From a virus (Duplodnaviria; Caudoviricetes), in the IMG/VR virus record IMGVR_UViG_3300012971_000074, positions 1-27,653 of that record: DNA of 27,653 bases, one strand, 5' to 3'. Position 1 is the stretch's first letter. Each line of letters starts with the position of its first letter. The position numbers were made by a program, and so were the translations under genes. Shown here piece by piece: positions 1-8,249 of this stretch. The notes below the pieces were generated by a model. That model was not told the origin of the DNA. It worked only from the letters and a program-made list of their open reading frames with translations, and made no database searches.

Positions 1-1
1 A

Positions 2-922
2 ATGCCGGAAGCGTTGGTTGTGCCACAGCGCGACGTCTTGCATATCCGCCTGCACGCCGATCGATCGCGGCAATATCCGTTTCCGCTGTGGGGCCAGACT
101 CCGCTGCTTGCTGCGCTTTACGACATGGGCCTGGCGAGCTCGATCGCTCAACAGCAACAGCAGTTTTACGCGAATCAAGCGCGACCGTCGGCGGTTATCA
201 ATACCGACATGCCGCTCGACAAGGACCTTGTACAAGAGCTGCGCGATCGCTGGGACGAGCAGACCAAGGGCTTCAACCAAGGCAAGACGCCGATTCTCAC
301 GCATGGACTCAAGGTCAATCCATGGGCGCAAGTGCCGAAGGACGCGCAAGTCGCCGAAGTGATGAAGATCGCCGAGAATCACATCGCGCTCGCGTTTCGC
401 GTGCCGCTGCAGATCCTTGGGCTCGGCGGTCCGACGTTCGGTTCGACCGAGGCGCTGATGCGCTTTTGGATCGCGACGGGTCTCGGCTTCGCGCTCGAGT
501 GCTGTGAGCAGGCATTCGATCGGCTCTTCGCGCTCAAGGGTGAGCCGGATGAATATGTCGAGTTCGATACCGATGCGTTGCTGCGCTCCGACTTCAAGGA
601 TCGAATCCGCGGCCTAAAGGAAGCTGTCACCGGCGGCATCATGTCGCCCGACGAAGCCCGCAACGAGGAGGGCCTCGACGATGTGAAGGGCGGCGCCGGC
701 GAGATGCCTCGGATGCAGCAACAAATGATCCCGCTCGACTTCGCCGGCAAACTTCCGCCCGCCGGTCCGCCCGCTGCCCATGCACCGCCTCCGGCCGGCC
801 CAGCGATTCCAGCCGTCGAACCCAAGCCTCCGCAACCCAAGGCGAATCTTGACGATGTCAGACGCGCATCACAACGGCTCATTTCCAACGCCGCAGCCAT
901 CAACCGAAGAATTCTCGGCTGA
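2..922 (+). CDS. Phage portal protein, HK97 family (5' end probably outside the window)
   Basis: Motifs DVLHIR...[42 protein letters not shown] and [13 protein letters not shown] are typical of HK97-family portals. Pro-rich C-terminal tail. Confidence 0.93.
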   Translation: MPEALVVPQRDVLHIRLHADRSRQYPFPLWGQTPLLAALYDMGLASSIAQQQQQFYANQARPSAVINTDMPLDKDLVQELRDRWDEQTKGFNQGKTPILTHGLKVNPWAQVPKDAQVAEVMKIAENHIALAFRVPLQILGLGGPTFGSTEALMRFWIATGLGFALECCEQAFDRLFALKGEPDEYVEFDTDALLRSDFKDRIRGLKEAVTGGIMSPDEARNEEGLDDVKGGAGEMPRMQQQMIPLDFAGKLPPAGPPAAHAPPPAGPAIPAVEPKPPQPKANLDDVRRASQRLISNAAAINRRILG

Positions 923-2246
923 AGCCGTTTTCGAACACGCGCTAGCGCTCACGCTCGCTGAGAAAGAACGCGAGTGGGATCGCGCGCTCGTGCTGATGGA
1001 GGCGAAAGCGCAGGCGATCATCTCGAGCTTACGCGAGAAGGTTGCCAACATTCCCATCGAAGCTGCGCGCATGATGGCCGAACGCTTAGCGCTCGTGCGC
1101 GACGGTGAGCGCGGGCCGCCTGGTCGAGACGGTAGAGACGGACTCGATGGCGAAAGAGGACTCCAAGGTCCTCGTGGCGAGAAGGGTGAAATCGGACTGC
1201 CTGGCATCCCTGGCGCTCCCGGTGCGCTAGGGCCACCGGGCGAACCTGGCGCTCCCGGCCATACCGGCGATCGAGGTCTTCCAGGGCCTCCCGGCGATCA
1301 AGGGCCGGCCGGGACGCCAGGACTTCAAGGGCTACAGGGCGAGAAAGGCCAAAAGGGGGACGACGGTCTGCCCGGCGTTCCCGGCGTCGAAGGTCCGCAG
1401 GGCAGCCGCGGCGAAGCAGGCGCCAAAGGCGAAAAAGGTGACACGGGAGAGCCTGGATTGCCGGGAGTCCCTGGCCCCCAAGGACCGCAGGGAGACGTCG
1501 GCGCCAAGGGAGAAAAGGGAGACAAGGGTGATGCCGGCTTACCTGGAATTCCCGGTGTCGAGGGCGCGCAAGGTCCAATTGGTCTCAAAGGCGAAAAAGG
1601 GGAAAAGGGCGAAGCTGGTGCGACCGGGGCCGCTGGTGATCAGGGCTTACCGGGCGTCCCTGGCGCGCCGGGCGAACGGGGCGCTGCTGGTCCTCAAGGT
1701 GAACGTGGTCCCGAAGGTGCGCCCGGCAAGCTCCCGATCGTGAAGGCCTGGCGCGAGGGCATTCACTACGAGGGCGCCGTCGTCACGTATGAGGGCGGCA
1801 CGTTCCAGGCCAAATGCGACACCGCCGTCCATCCGCTCTCGCTCGGCTTGGTGCACGACGATTGGACCTGCCTCGCCATTGCTGGCCGCAACGGCGCATC
1901 GCTCAAGGTCGTCGGCACGCATGATCCGCAGAAAAAATATCTCGCGCTCGAAGTCGTCGCCAAAGACGGCGGCACGTTCGTCGCGCGCAAAGACGACCCT
2001 GGCGATTGTCCTGGCGAGCACTGGCAACTCATGTCGCGTCAGGGTGCTCGCGGGATTGCTGGACCGAAAGGCGACCGCGGGCCAGAAGGCAAGCAAGGCC
2101 TCCAAGGGCCGGCCGGCGCGTCGGCGCCAACCATAAAAAGTTGGAAGGTCGACCGCCGGCACTATCTCGCAATCCCGATCATGTCTGACGGCAGCGAAGG
2201 CCCGGCGCTCGAGCTCCGCGCGTTGTTCGATCAGGCCGAGGGCTAG
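855..2246 (+). CDS. Collagen-like virion protein (portal-adjacent; probable neck/head fibre)
   Basis: N-terminal helical segment, 70 uninterrupted Gly-X-Y triplets, two small W/Y-containing modules (W..G..Y.G.VVTY.GGTF.A...W), 9 further Gly-X-Y triplets, short C-terminal domain. ATG at 855 preferred over 780 because it overlaps the portal less; start uncertain. Confidence 0.85.
   Translation: MSDAHHNGSFPTPQPSTEEFSAEAVFEHALALTLAEKEREWDRALVLMEAKAQAIISSLREKVANIPIEAARMMAERLALVRDGERGPPGRDGRDGLDGERGLQGPRGEKGEIGLPGIPGAPGALGPPGEPGAPGHTGDRGLPGPPGDQGPAGTPGLQGLQGEKGQKGDDGLPGVPGVEGPQGSRGEAGAKGEKGDTGEPGLPGVPGPQGPQGDVGAKGEKGDKGDAGLPGIPGVEGAQGPIGLKGEKGEKGEAGATGAAGDQGLPGVPGAPGERGAAGPQGERGPEGAPGKLPIVKAWREGIHYEGAVVTYEGGTFQAKCDTAVHPLSLGLVHDDWTCLAIAGRNGASLKVVGTHDPQKKYLALEVVAKDGGTFVARKDDPGDCPGEHWQLMSRQGARGIAGPKGDRGPEGKQGLQGPAGASAPTIKSWKVDRRHYLAIPIMSDGSEGPALELRALFDQAEG
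1104..1733 (+). repeat. Collagen (Gly-X-Y)70 coding repeat
   Basis: Counted from GER (1104) to GKL (1733). GLP recurs at triplets 11, 20, 30, 40, 49 and 61. A second (GXY)9 tract lies at 2043-2123. Confidence 0.95.
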
Positions 2247-2906
2247 ATGGCCGCTGTTGATTACACGGCAACCGTCGCAGCCGATCCGACGACGACGGCG
2301 CATGATCTGCTGACGTTGCAGGAATGCAAGATTTTGCTCGGCATGTCCACGACGGACACGACGCACGATCAGCAGCTCACGCTGCAGATCTCGGTTTACT
2401 CTCAGCAGGTCGCGCGGATGTGCAATCGGATCTTTGCTAAGGAAACCGGTGTTGAGGCATGGCGCGAGGACGGTGGCTCCGGCCGTGTATTCTTGACGCA
2501 TTTCCCGGTGAAGGCCGCAGACATTACCCAGGTCACCGCGGCCGGCGCAGTGCTCGATCCGAGCACGTACACGCTCGAGGAGCGCTCCGGCAAGCTTGCC
2601 AATCGCGCAGCTAGCGATCCCGCGGCGATTCCTTGGCCGCTGCCGGTCTATGTCACATACACCGGCGGCTATAACTTGCCGGCCGAAGCGCCGCTGCCGC
2701 TCAAGCAAGCAACCGTCGTCCTGATCATGGAGGCGCGACTCAGGATGGTGCAGGCGCAGGTCGCCGGCATTCGCCAAGTTTCTCACCGCGAGGCTCGCGT
2801 AACATTTTTCGATCCTAACGCGGTCTTGTTGAGGCTTGGTGGCAAGTCGCCATCGATGCAGGCCGTCGAGGCGTTGATCAATCAGTACACCCGATTCTGG
2901 GTCTGA
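2247..2906 (+). CDS. Head-tail connector/adaptor (HK97 gp6-like)
   Basis: DLLTL.ECK..LG...D..L...I...S......CNR.F N-terminus and VTYTGGY..P...P..LKQA motif; position after the portal. Confidence 0.8.
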   Translation: MAAVDYTATVAADPTTTAHDLLTLQECKILLGMSTTDTTHDQQLTLQISVYSQQVARMCNRIFAKETGVEAWREDGGSGRVFLTHFPVKAADITQVTAAGAVLDPSTYTLEERSGKLANRAASDPAAIPWPLPVYVTYTGGYNLPAEAPLPLKQATVVLIMEARLRMVQAQVAGIRQVSHREARVTFFDPNAVLLRLGGKSPSMQAVEALINQYTRFWV

Positions 2907-3331
2907 TGTCATTCAGCATTGAAGTTGATAACGCGGCGCTCGTGAAGCGCCTGCAGGACGTGCACAACAGGATTGTGCACTTCAAACGCGTTGACATCGG
3001 CGCCGAGCTGTCGGCGTGGCAGACCCGCGATATGCATCGGCATCGGCCGTTCACTATGCGCTGGCGCGCGCAAGGTCGAGCGCAAACCAAGATCCGCCCG
3101 CACAGCTTGTATGAGATGTTGAAGTCCGAAGGCGTGGATTTGACGCCGGTTCAGATGCGCCGCGTGCGCCGCGGCCTTAGCAAGCATCTCAAGCATCCGC
3201 TGCCGCGAGCGCGCAAGTTAAAGCTGCGTGAACATCGGCATTGGTCGACGCGGCCGATCCTGCGCCAGGAAATGGAACACTCTTTGAAAGAGCATCTGCA
3301 CGAAGTCTTCGTGGAAAAAATTCACTGGTAG
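2906..3331 (+). CDS. Basic neck/virion morphogenesis protein (HK97 gp10/Ne1-like, tentative)
   Basis: Arg/His/Lys-rich 141 aa with C-terminal RPIL motif; TGATG overlap with the adaptor; neck-module position. Confidence 0.5.
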   Translation: MSFSIEVDNAALVKRLQDVHNRIVHFKRVDIGAELSAWQTRDMHRHRPFTMRWRAQGRAQTKIRPHSLYEMLKSEGVDLTPVQMRRVRRGLSKHLKHPLPRARKLKLREHRHWSTRPILRQEMEHSLKEHLHEVFVEKIHW

Positions 3332-3332
3332 C

Positions 3333-3719
3333 ATGTCTGTCAGTTTCTCCACGCTTCTCTATTCGCATTGCTTCGACATGTTCGCCCGGACGATCACCGG
3401 GGGGCCTTATACCGGCATGCGCGCGATCTTCAACTCCGGTCCGCTGACGATCACCAATGACGACGGCGTCATCATTGCTGAAATCTCGGATCAACAAACC
3501 ATCATCGATATTCGCTCGCAAGAATTCCGCGACGGTTCGCTTCCAATTCCGCAGCAAGGCGACATCGTGCATTTCGATGCCGACACCGATATCGACGGCG
3601 GCGATTATGAGATCACCGATGGGCCAATCAGCAACAGCGGCGGACAGCTCACGTACTACATCCGCAGGCATGAGCCGGCTGCGCCACTGCGAACGCTGAG
3701 CGGCTGGGAATTTTCATGA
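3333..3719 (+). CDS. Head closure / head-tail joining protein (lambda gpFII-like)
   Basis: 128 aa beta-rich protein with P.QGD.V ... YEI.D...N.GG...Y pattern; neck-module position. Confidence 0.65.
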   Translation: MSVSFSTLLYSHCFDMFARTITGGPYTGMRAIFNSGPLTITNDDGVIIAEISDQQTIIDIRSQEFRDGSLPIPQQGDIVHFDADTDIDGGDYEITDGPISNSGGQLTYYIRRHEPAAPLRTLSGWEFS

Positions 3720-4630
3720 ATGGCACGACGCGCGATGTGCCGTGGACTGGCACCGGCGGTCCGGAAGACACGAATAGTTATTCGTGGCTGCTCCTGAACG
3801 CGATTTACAATCGGCTTTCGACCTCGTCGCTTTTCGCGGGTTTTACGGTCAAGCGGATCACGCGCGCGCTGCCGATCGAGGCCGCTTACCAGCTCCCCGC
3901 GATTGGAGTCTACATCGGGACTGAGACGGCGGTCGCGGATGGCGAGTTCAATGCCAGCAATATCCGTTTCAATCATAGCGTACCGATCGGCATTCAAATC
4001 ATCGTTAAGAACAACGACTCGGTCGCAATGCAGCAGAAGCTCGATCAGGCCAAATGGTTCGTGATCAATCAGCTCTTTCGCGACAACACGCTCACCAACT
4101 TCTATGCGCCAAGTCTTACCGGTCCGACTCCGAGCAAAAACTTTCACGTCGAAGGCATTCCGCGCTTGCGCATTCCCTCGCCCGAGTGGGGGCGCGATTC
4201 GAAGAGTGAAGTCCCGATCGGCATGCAGTTGATCGAGGCCACCTATCAATTCGGCACGTCGTTCAATCCGACGGACTTCGATGACCTCAAGGAAATCGCC
4301 GTGCAGGCTTTCCCCGAGCTCACGCCGCCTCGTACGACCGCGACGGGCACTGGGACGGGCGCGGGCACGAACCTGACCATGACTGGCGTCGCCGGCACGA
4401 TCGAGCCGAACGCAACCATCGCCGGAAACGGCGTGCCTGCAGGAACGACGATCGTCAGTCAGCAGTCAGGCACGACCGGCGGCAATGGTGTCTACACCAC
4501 GAGCTTGGCGACGACATCGGTGTCTCAGCCGCTCACGTTCGAAAATCCGGTCGCGATCATGGAGGTCGACGTCGTCTACCGCTTCGACCCGGACTATGTC
4601 CCGCCACCGTTAACGGGCGCAGGCCCATAA
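3716..4630 (+). CDS. Tail terminator/completion protein with inserted ~67-aa module
   Basis: LPAIGVY...E motif and position before gp38/sheath; Thr/Gly-rich insert at 4337-4540 shared with the sheath. Confidence 0.6.
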   Translation: MNGTTRDVPWTGTGGPEDTNSYSWLLLNAIYNRLSTSSLFAGFTVKRITRALPIEAAYQLPAIGVYIGTETAVADGEFNASNIRFNHSVPIGIQIIVKNNDSVAMQQKLDQAKWFVINQLFRDNTLTNFYAPSLTGPTPSKNFHVEGIPRLRIPSPEWGRDSKSEVPIGMQLIEATYQFGTSFNPTDFDDLKEIAVQAFPELTPPRTTATGTGTGAGTNLTMTGVAGTIEPNATIAGNGVPAGTTIVSQQSGTTGGNGVYTTSLATTSVSQPLTFENPVAIMEVDVVYRFDPDYVPPPLTGAGP

Positions 4631-4644
4631 GAGGAGCAATCGAA

Positions 4645-4974
4645 ATGGCACCGTACATCAATCCTTTTTACAAAGGTCAGGCCCAAGCGCGGCAGGCAGC
4701 TATGGGCCGCAAGGCTGTATCAGCCGAGCGGTTGGCGCTGATGAAAGCGGTCAACAGAATTCCGCCTCTGCGCGTCGCTCCCGCTCCGGGGAGCGAGCAT
4801 TTGCGCGGGACTCTTAAGCATCCGAACGGCGTGAGGTTGCGGCGAGAAGGTTCAGTTGAGTGGCCGAACGACCGCTTCACGAATCGGCGGATCGAGGAGG
4901 GCGTCATTGTCGAAGTAAAAAACGAAGAGGCTGTAAAGCCCGCGGCCGGACGGCGCACGCAACCGGCGGAATAA
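4645..4974 (+). CDS. Mu gp38-like protein (DUF2635)
   Basis: LRVAPAPG...HPNG..L..EG..WPNDRFT.RRI.EG.I pattern; GAGGAG RBS upstream; Mu-type position just before the sheath. Confidence 0.75.
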   Translation: MAPYINPFYKGQAQARQAAMGRKAVSAERLALMKAVNRIPPLRVAPAPGSEHLRGTLKHPNGVRLRREGSVEWPNDRFTNRRIEEGVIVEVKNEEAVKPAAGRRTQPAE

Positions 4975-4975
4975 C

Positions 4976-5488
4976 TTAGTCGAAAAGATCTGGCTGAGCG
5001 CGGCGATGAATTGTCGATTTGCCCTTTTTGACAGCGGTGCTCATACGCTCGCGCTCACCGGGTTTGGCATAACGGGCTTTGGCAATGGCGGAGGCTTTAG
5101 CTTTCCACTCGGCTGACTTCGGTCTGCCCTTGGTCTTGGAGGATTGCTTTGCGCGAGATTCTGGAGTGCGGACATGGCCTCTGAGAGTTGCTGAAACGAG
5201 AGCACGTGACTCCGCGCTTCTTGGCGGATGCTTCCAACCGCCGCGACCGAGGTTCTGTTTACCGCCTCCGATGTGGTCGTTCCATCCGACGTTCGCTTTC
5301 GGACGCATGCGGTACTCGAGAGCGCGGCACTCGTGAAGAGTTCCTTCAAATAGGATTTTCCATTCGAAGTTTCGGCGTCGCTTAGCGTGCTGCTTAAGGC
5401 GACCAGGCAAGCGCACTGTGATGCCGATGTAACCGTGACGCCACGGGCAAACGCAGCGTGCGTCATAAAGCCAGTAGAGGACGGCCAT
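4976..5488 (-). CDS. Free-standing GIY-YIG homing endonuclease with NUMOD3-like repeats
   Basis: LYWLY...GYIGIT..L..RL.QH, E in CRALE, GWN; C-terminal repeats RSAESRALVS / RTPESRAKQS / KSAEWKAKAS. Fills the gap between gp38 (stop 4974) and the sheath RBS almost exactly. Confidence 0.88.
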   Translation of the reverse strand: MAVLYWLYDARCVCPWRHGYIGITVRLPGRLKQHAKRRRNFEWKILFEGTLHECRALEYRMRPKANVGWNDHIGGGKQNLGRGGWKHPPRSAESRALVSATLRGHVRTPESRAKQSSKTKGRPKSAEWKAKASAIAKARYAKPGERERMSTAVKKGKSTIHRRAQPDLFD

Positions 5489-5525
5489 AGCAAAGGAGAT
5501 TAGCCATGCCGATCTCGTTTTCCAA
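5489..5525 (-). promoter_or_regulatory. Candidate sigma70-type promoter for a leaderless GIY-YIG mRNA
   Basis: Minus strand TTGGAA (5525-5520) -N17- TAATCT (5502-5497) -N8- ATG (5488). No Shine-Dalgarno. Overlaps the sheath RBS and start on the opposite strand. Confidence 0.4.
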
Positions 5526-7582
5526 TATACCCGCCGACCTCAAGATCCCGCTTAACAGTTAGGCGCTTTCCCGAGTAATCGGGATCGAACAACTGGGTGA
5601 ATTCGGGGAAAGTCCAGACCGGACAATCCCGAGCCAAGCCGCGAAAGCGGAAGGCGTAACGACTAGAGCGAAAGCTCGTAGGCTCAAGCGAGCCGAAGCG
5701 CCCAGCCCCCGTAAGGGGTGATGATATAGTCTCTTCTGCATAGGAATATGCAGCAGCCGTAAGGCGGAAGCGAAACTAGCGAGTCGCTTCGAAGGCATAA
5801 AGATACTGGGTCGAGGTCGATCCGTCACAAGCCGGAATTCCGATGATCCACCAACCGAGTTTGTTGGTGGGTATTGCGACGTCACTCGGCGATGCGCCGC
5901 ATGACGTGGCGATCGCGATCGGCACGCAAGCGCAAGCTGATCAGCACTTTGGGCAAGGTTCTATGCTTGCGCGGATGTTCAAAAGCTTCTTCGCGAATAA
6001 TTTTGCGAATGAGGTGTGGGGTTTGCCAGTCGGCGAACCTACGGGCGCGACCGCGGCAACGGCCACCATCACGGTCGCGAATCCGCCAACGGATGCGGGG
6101 ACGATCCATCTTTATATCGCCGGTCAACATGTACCGGTGAATGTCGGAGGCACAGACACGACTGCGCAGGTTGCTTCCGAAATTGCTGCTGAGATCAATT
6201 CGACGGTTGATCTTCCAGTATCGGCGACTTCAACGACTAACGTGGTGACTCTGACTTGCCGGTGGAAAGGCGTCAGCGGAAACGACATTCGCATAGACCT
6301 CAATTATTATGGAACCATCGGCGGGGAAGTGCTTCCTCCTGGACTCGGTCTCACCCTTCCGCCCGGTGCGGCAGGCGTCGCGGGAGCTGCGACTTGTTCT
6401 GGTAGCGGCACTTCGCTCACTGTTACTACCATGACTTCCGGCAGCATCACGATCGGCGCGACGGTGACGGGCACTGGCGTTCCGGTTGGAACGATCATTG
6501 TTAGCCAACAATCTGGAACGACCGGTCAGGCCGGTGTCTATATCACGAATCAACCGACGACTGCGTCCGCAGCAGCGCTGACGTTCGCTGGTCCGACTGG
6601 TCCTGCGAACTTCCTTGCTGGTGGTTCTGGTGTGCCTGTCTTCACAAATGCCATCAACAATCTTGGTGAGAAGAACTTTGAGTACGTCGCGTTGCCATGG
6701 ACTGATTCAACCACGCTCAACGCCTGGGAGCTCGAATTTGGCTTCGAGGATGTTGGGCGCTGGGGTTGGCGGAGACAGCTCTATGGGCACATTTTTAGTG
6801 CTAAGCGCGACACCTACTCGAATCTGATCACGTTTGGCAACACGCGTAACAGCGGCATCACGTCAATCATGGGCGTGGAGCAAACCATGCCATCGATGGT
6901 GCTTGACGTCGTGTCGGCGTACACGGCGAAGGCTCAAAGGGCGCTGATCAACGATCCGGCAAGGCCGCTGCAAACCCTCTCGCTCAATACGGTGAAGCTC
7001 GCGCCCTTGAAAGATCGGTTCGACACCATCGAGCTCAACTCGCTGGCGGAGAACGGCATCGCGACGCAAAAGGCTGGCAGCGATAATCAGCCAATGATCT
7101 CGCGCGAAACCACGACGTATCAGCTCAACCTGTATGGATTCCAGGATGACGCTTATGAGCTGGTAACTACGCTCGCAACGTTGGCGAGGCTCATTCGCAA
7201 TCAAAGGTATGTCATCACGACCAAATACCCGCGTGTGAAACTTGCTGATGACGGAACGCGCTTTGGTCCAGGGCAAGCGATAGTCACTCCTGGCATCATC
7301 AAAGGTGAGCTGATCGCCGAATACGTGCAAGATATGTGGGATGGCCTTGTTGAGAATATCCAGGCATTCAAGGCCAACCTAATCGTCGAGCGAGACCCAA
7401 ATGACCCGAATAGGGTTAATGTGCTATACGGCCCGGATCTGATAAACCAGCTAAGGGTATTCGCAGTGTTAGCACAGTTTAGGCTCCAATACGATAGGGG
7501 TTTGGACACTCAGATCATTGGTCCGAATCCTGGCACGATCGGAGTGACTGGCGTTCTGCCGGCGCCTGGCGTTGGCTTCTAA
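5506..7582 (+). CDS. Tail sheath protein (Mu gpL-like), intron-split: join(5506..5552,5803..7582), 608 aa
   Basis: AAAGGAG RBS at 5492-5498. Spliced N-terminus MPISFSNIPADLKIPLYWVEVDPSQAG matches the Mu-like sheath start. FGQGSMLARM, DPARPLQTL, TKYPRVKLADDGTRFGPGQAIVTP and PDLINQLRVFA are sheath motifs. The unspliced frame stops at TAG 5560-5562. Confidence 0.95.
5553..5802 (+). ncRNA. Group I self-splicing intron (IA2-like), 250 nt, no internal ORF
   Basis: P1 with U5552.G5562 wobble; P2 5569-5584; P3 5593-5599/5699-5705; P4 5602-5607/5628-5633; P5; P6/6a; P7 GACUA 5661-5665/UAGUC 5727-5731 with bulged C5660; P7.1, P7.2, P8, P9, P9.1, P9.2; J8/7 GAUA; terminal G5802; six GNRA loops. Removal restores the reading frame. 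Confidence 0.95.
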
Positions 7583-7584
7583 GT

Positions 7585-7671
7585 CTTCGTCGCGAGACGG
7601 AGTGGTGGGTCGGAGGGTCCGCGCGAGCGGCCCGCCCCTGACTTCGCCCGGTGGAACAGCAACCGGGCACT
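7585..7671 (+). other. Structured intergenic RNA element (three hairpins, two GCGA tetraloops)
   Basis: CUUCGUC-GCGA-GACGGAG (7585-7602); extended stem 7607-7644 capped by CCGC-GCGA-GCGG; GCCCGGU-N9-ACCGGGC (7646-7668). No U-tract on either strand. Confidence 0.55.
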
Positions 7672-7675
7672 AACC

Positions 7676-8212
7676 TCAAGGTCGTCGGTTGTTGGCTGAT
7701 TCTTTAGCCGTTACCCACCGAATGTTGCCTGGCTCATAGTCGCCGTCGTTGTCGATCCTGTCGATCATATCGGCCCACTTTGGTTTGCGACCGATTTCCG
7801 CGACTACGTCAGCAAGGAAAGTTTCGAAGTCGTTCCATCGATCGCAAACCGCAATGCCGCGCGCGCCATACCACTCATAGTGATGGGAATTTGGATTGCG
7901 GCAATACTGCTTAATTCGATTCCAGATTCGATATTCTGGACTGTGCGGAAGTGCAGCATGACCATGACGAAGGTTTTTCTGCGATTGCTCGGGTGCTTCG
8001 CGTTGCCAGCAACCACAGGAAGTCGTCCAGCCGTAGTTAAGACGAGAGGCTGTGACGACCGTTGAATTACCGCAAGAGCACGCGCAATGCCAAAGCGATG
8101 CTTTTCTTCGCGGTCCCTTGTCTTCGATGCCAGCGAATCCAATGACAGTTAGGCGGCCATAGCGGCGGCCTGACAGATCAGGAGTCCATGGATGTCCCGG
8201 CACGAAGCGCAT
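7676..8212 (-). CDS. Free-standing HNH-family homing endonuclease
   Basis: DLSGRRYGRLTV, CACSCG...SCGC, YGARGIAVCDRW..FE.F and IDRIDNDGDYEPGNIRW...E..NN are typical of this phage HNH family. ATG at 8212 (TTG at 8215 is an alternative start). Confidence 0.9.
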   Translation of the reverse strand: MRFVPGHPWTPDLSGRRYGRLTVIGFAGIEDKGPRRKASLWHCACSCGNSTVVTASRLNYGWTTSCGCWQREAPEQSQKNLRHGHAALPHSPEYRIWNRIKQYCRNPNSHHYEWYGARGIAVCDRWNDFETFLADVVAEIGRKPKWADMIDRIDNDGDYEPGNIRWVTAKESANNRRP

Positions 8213-8249
8213 CAACTACCATCATAGCAATAGGAGGCAAAATTGGCCA
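8213..8249 (-). promoter_or_regulatory. Candidate extended -10 promoter for a leaderless HNH mRNA
   Basis: Minus strand TGGCCA (8249-8244) -N17- TATGAT (8226-8221, preceded by TGc) -N8- ATG (8212). Overlaps the tube RBS and start on the opposite strand. Confidence 0.45.

Noticed and set aside
1647-2912. 421-aa minus-strand ORF and many other long antisense or overlapping ORFs
   Set aside because: Shadow frames of GC-rich genes with clear + strand identities; no recognisable motifs.
5559-5885. 108-aa minus-strand ORF over the intron as an intron-encoded protein
   Set aside because: No nuclease motifs; antisense to the ribozyme core; sequence is explained by RNA structure.
5843-7582. Sheath start at ATG 5843 as in the ORF track
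   Set aside because: No RBS there and it lacks the conserved N-terminus, which is found at 5506 with a strong RBS and joins in frame after intron removal.
7585-7671. Intrinsic terminator, tRNA or hammerhead ribozyme
   Set aside because: No U-tract on either strand, no cloverleaf or T-loop consensus, and no CUGANGA/GAAA core.
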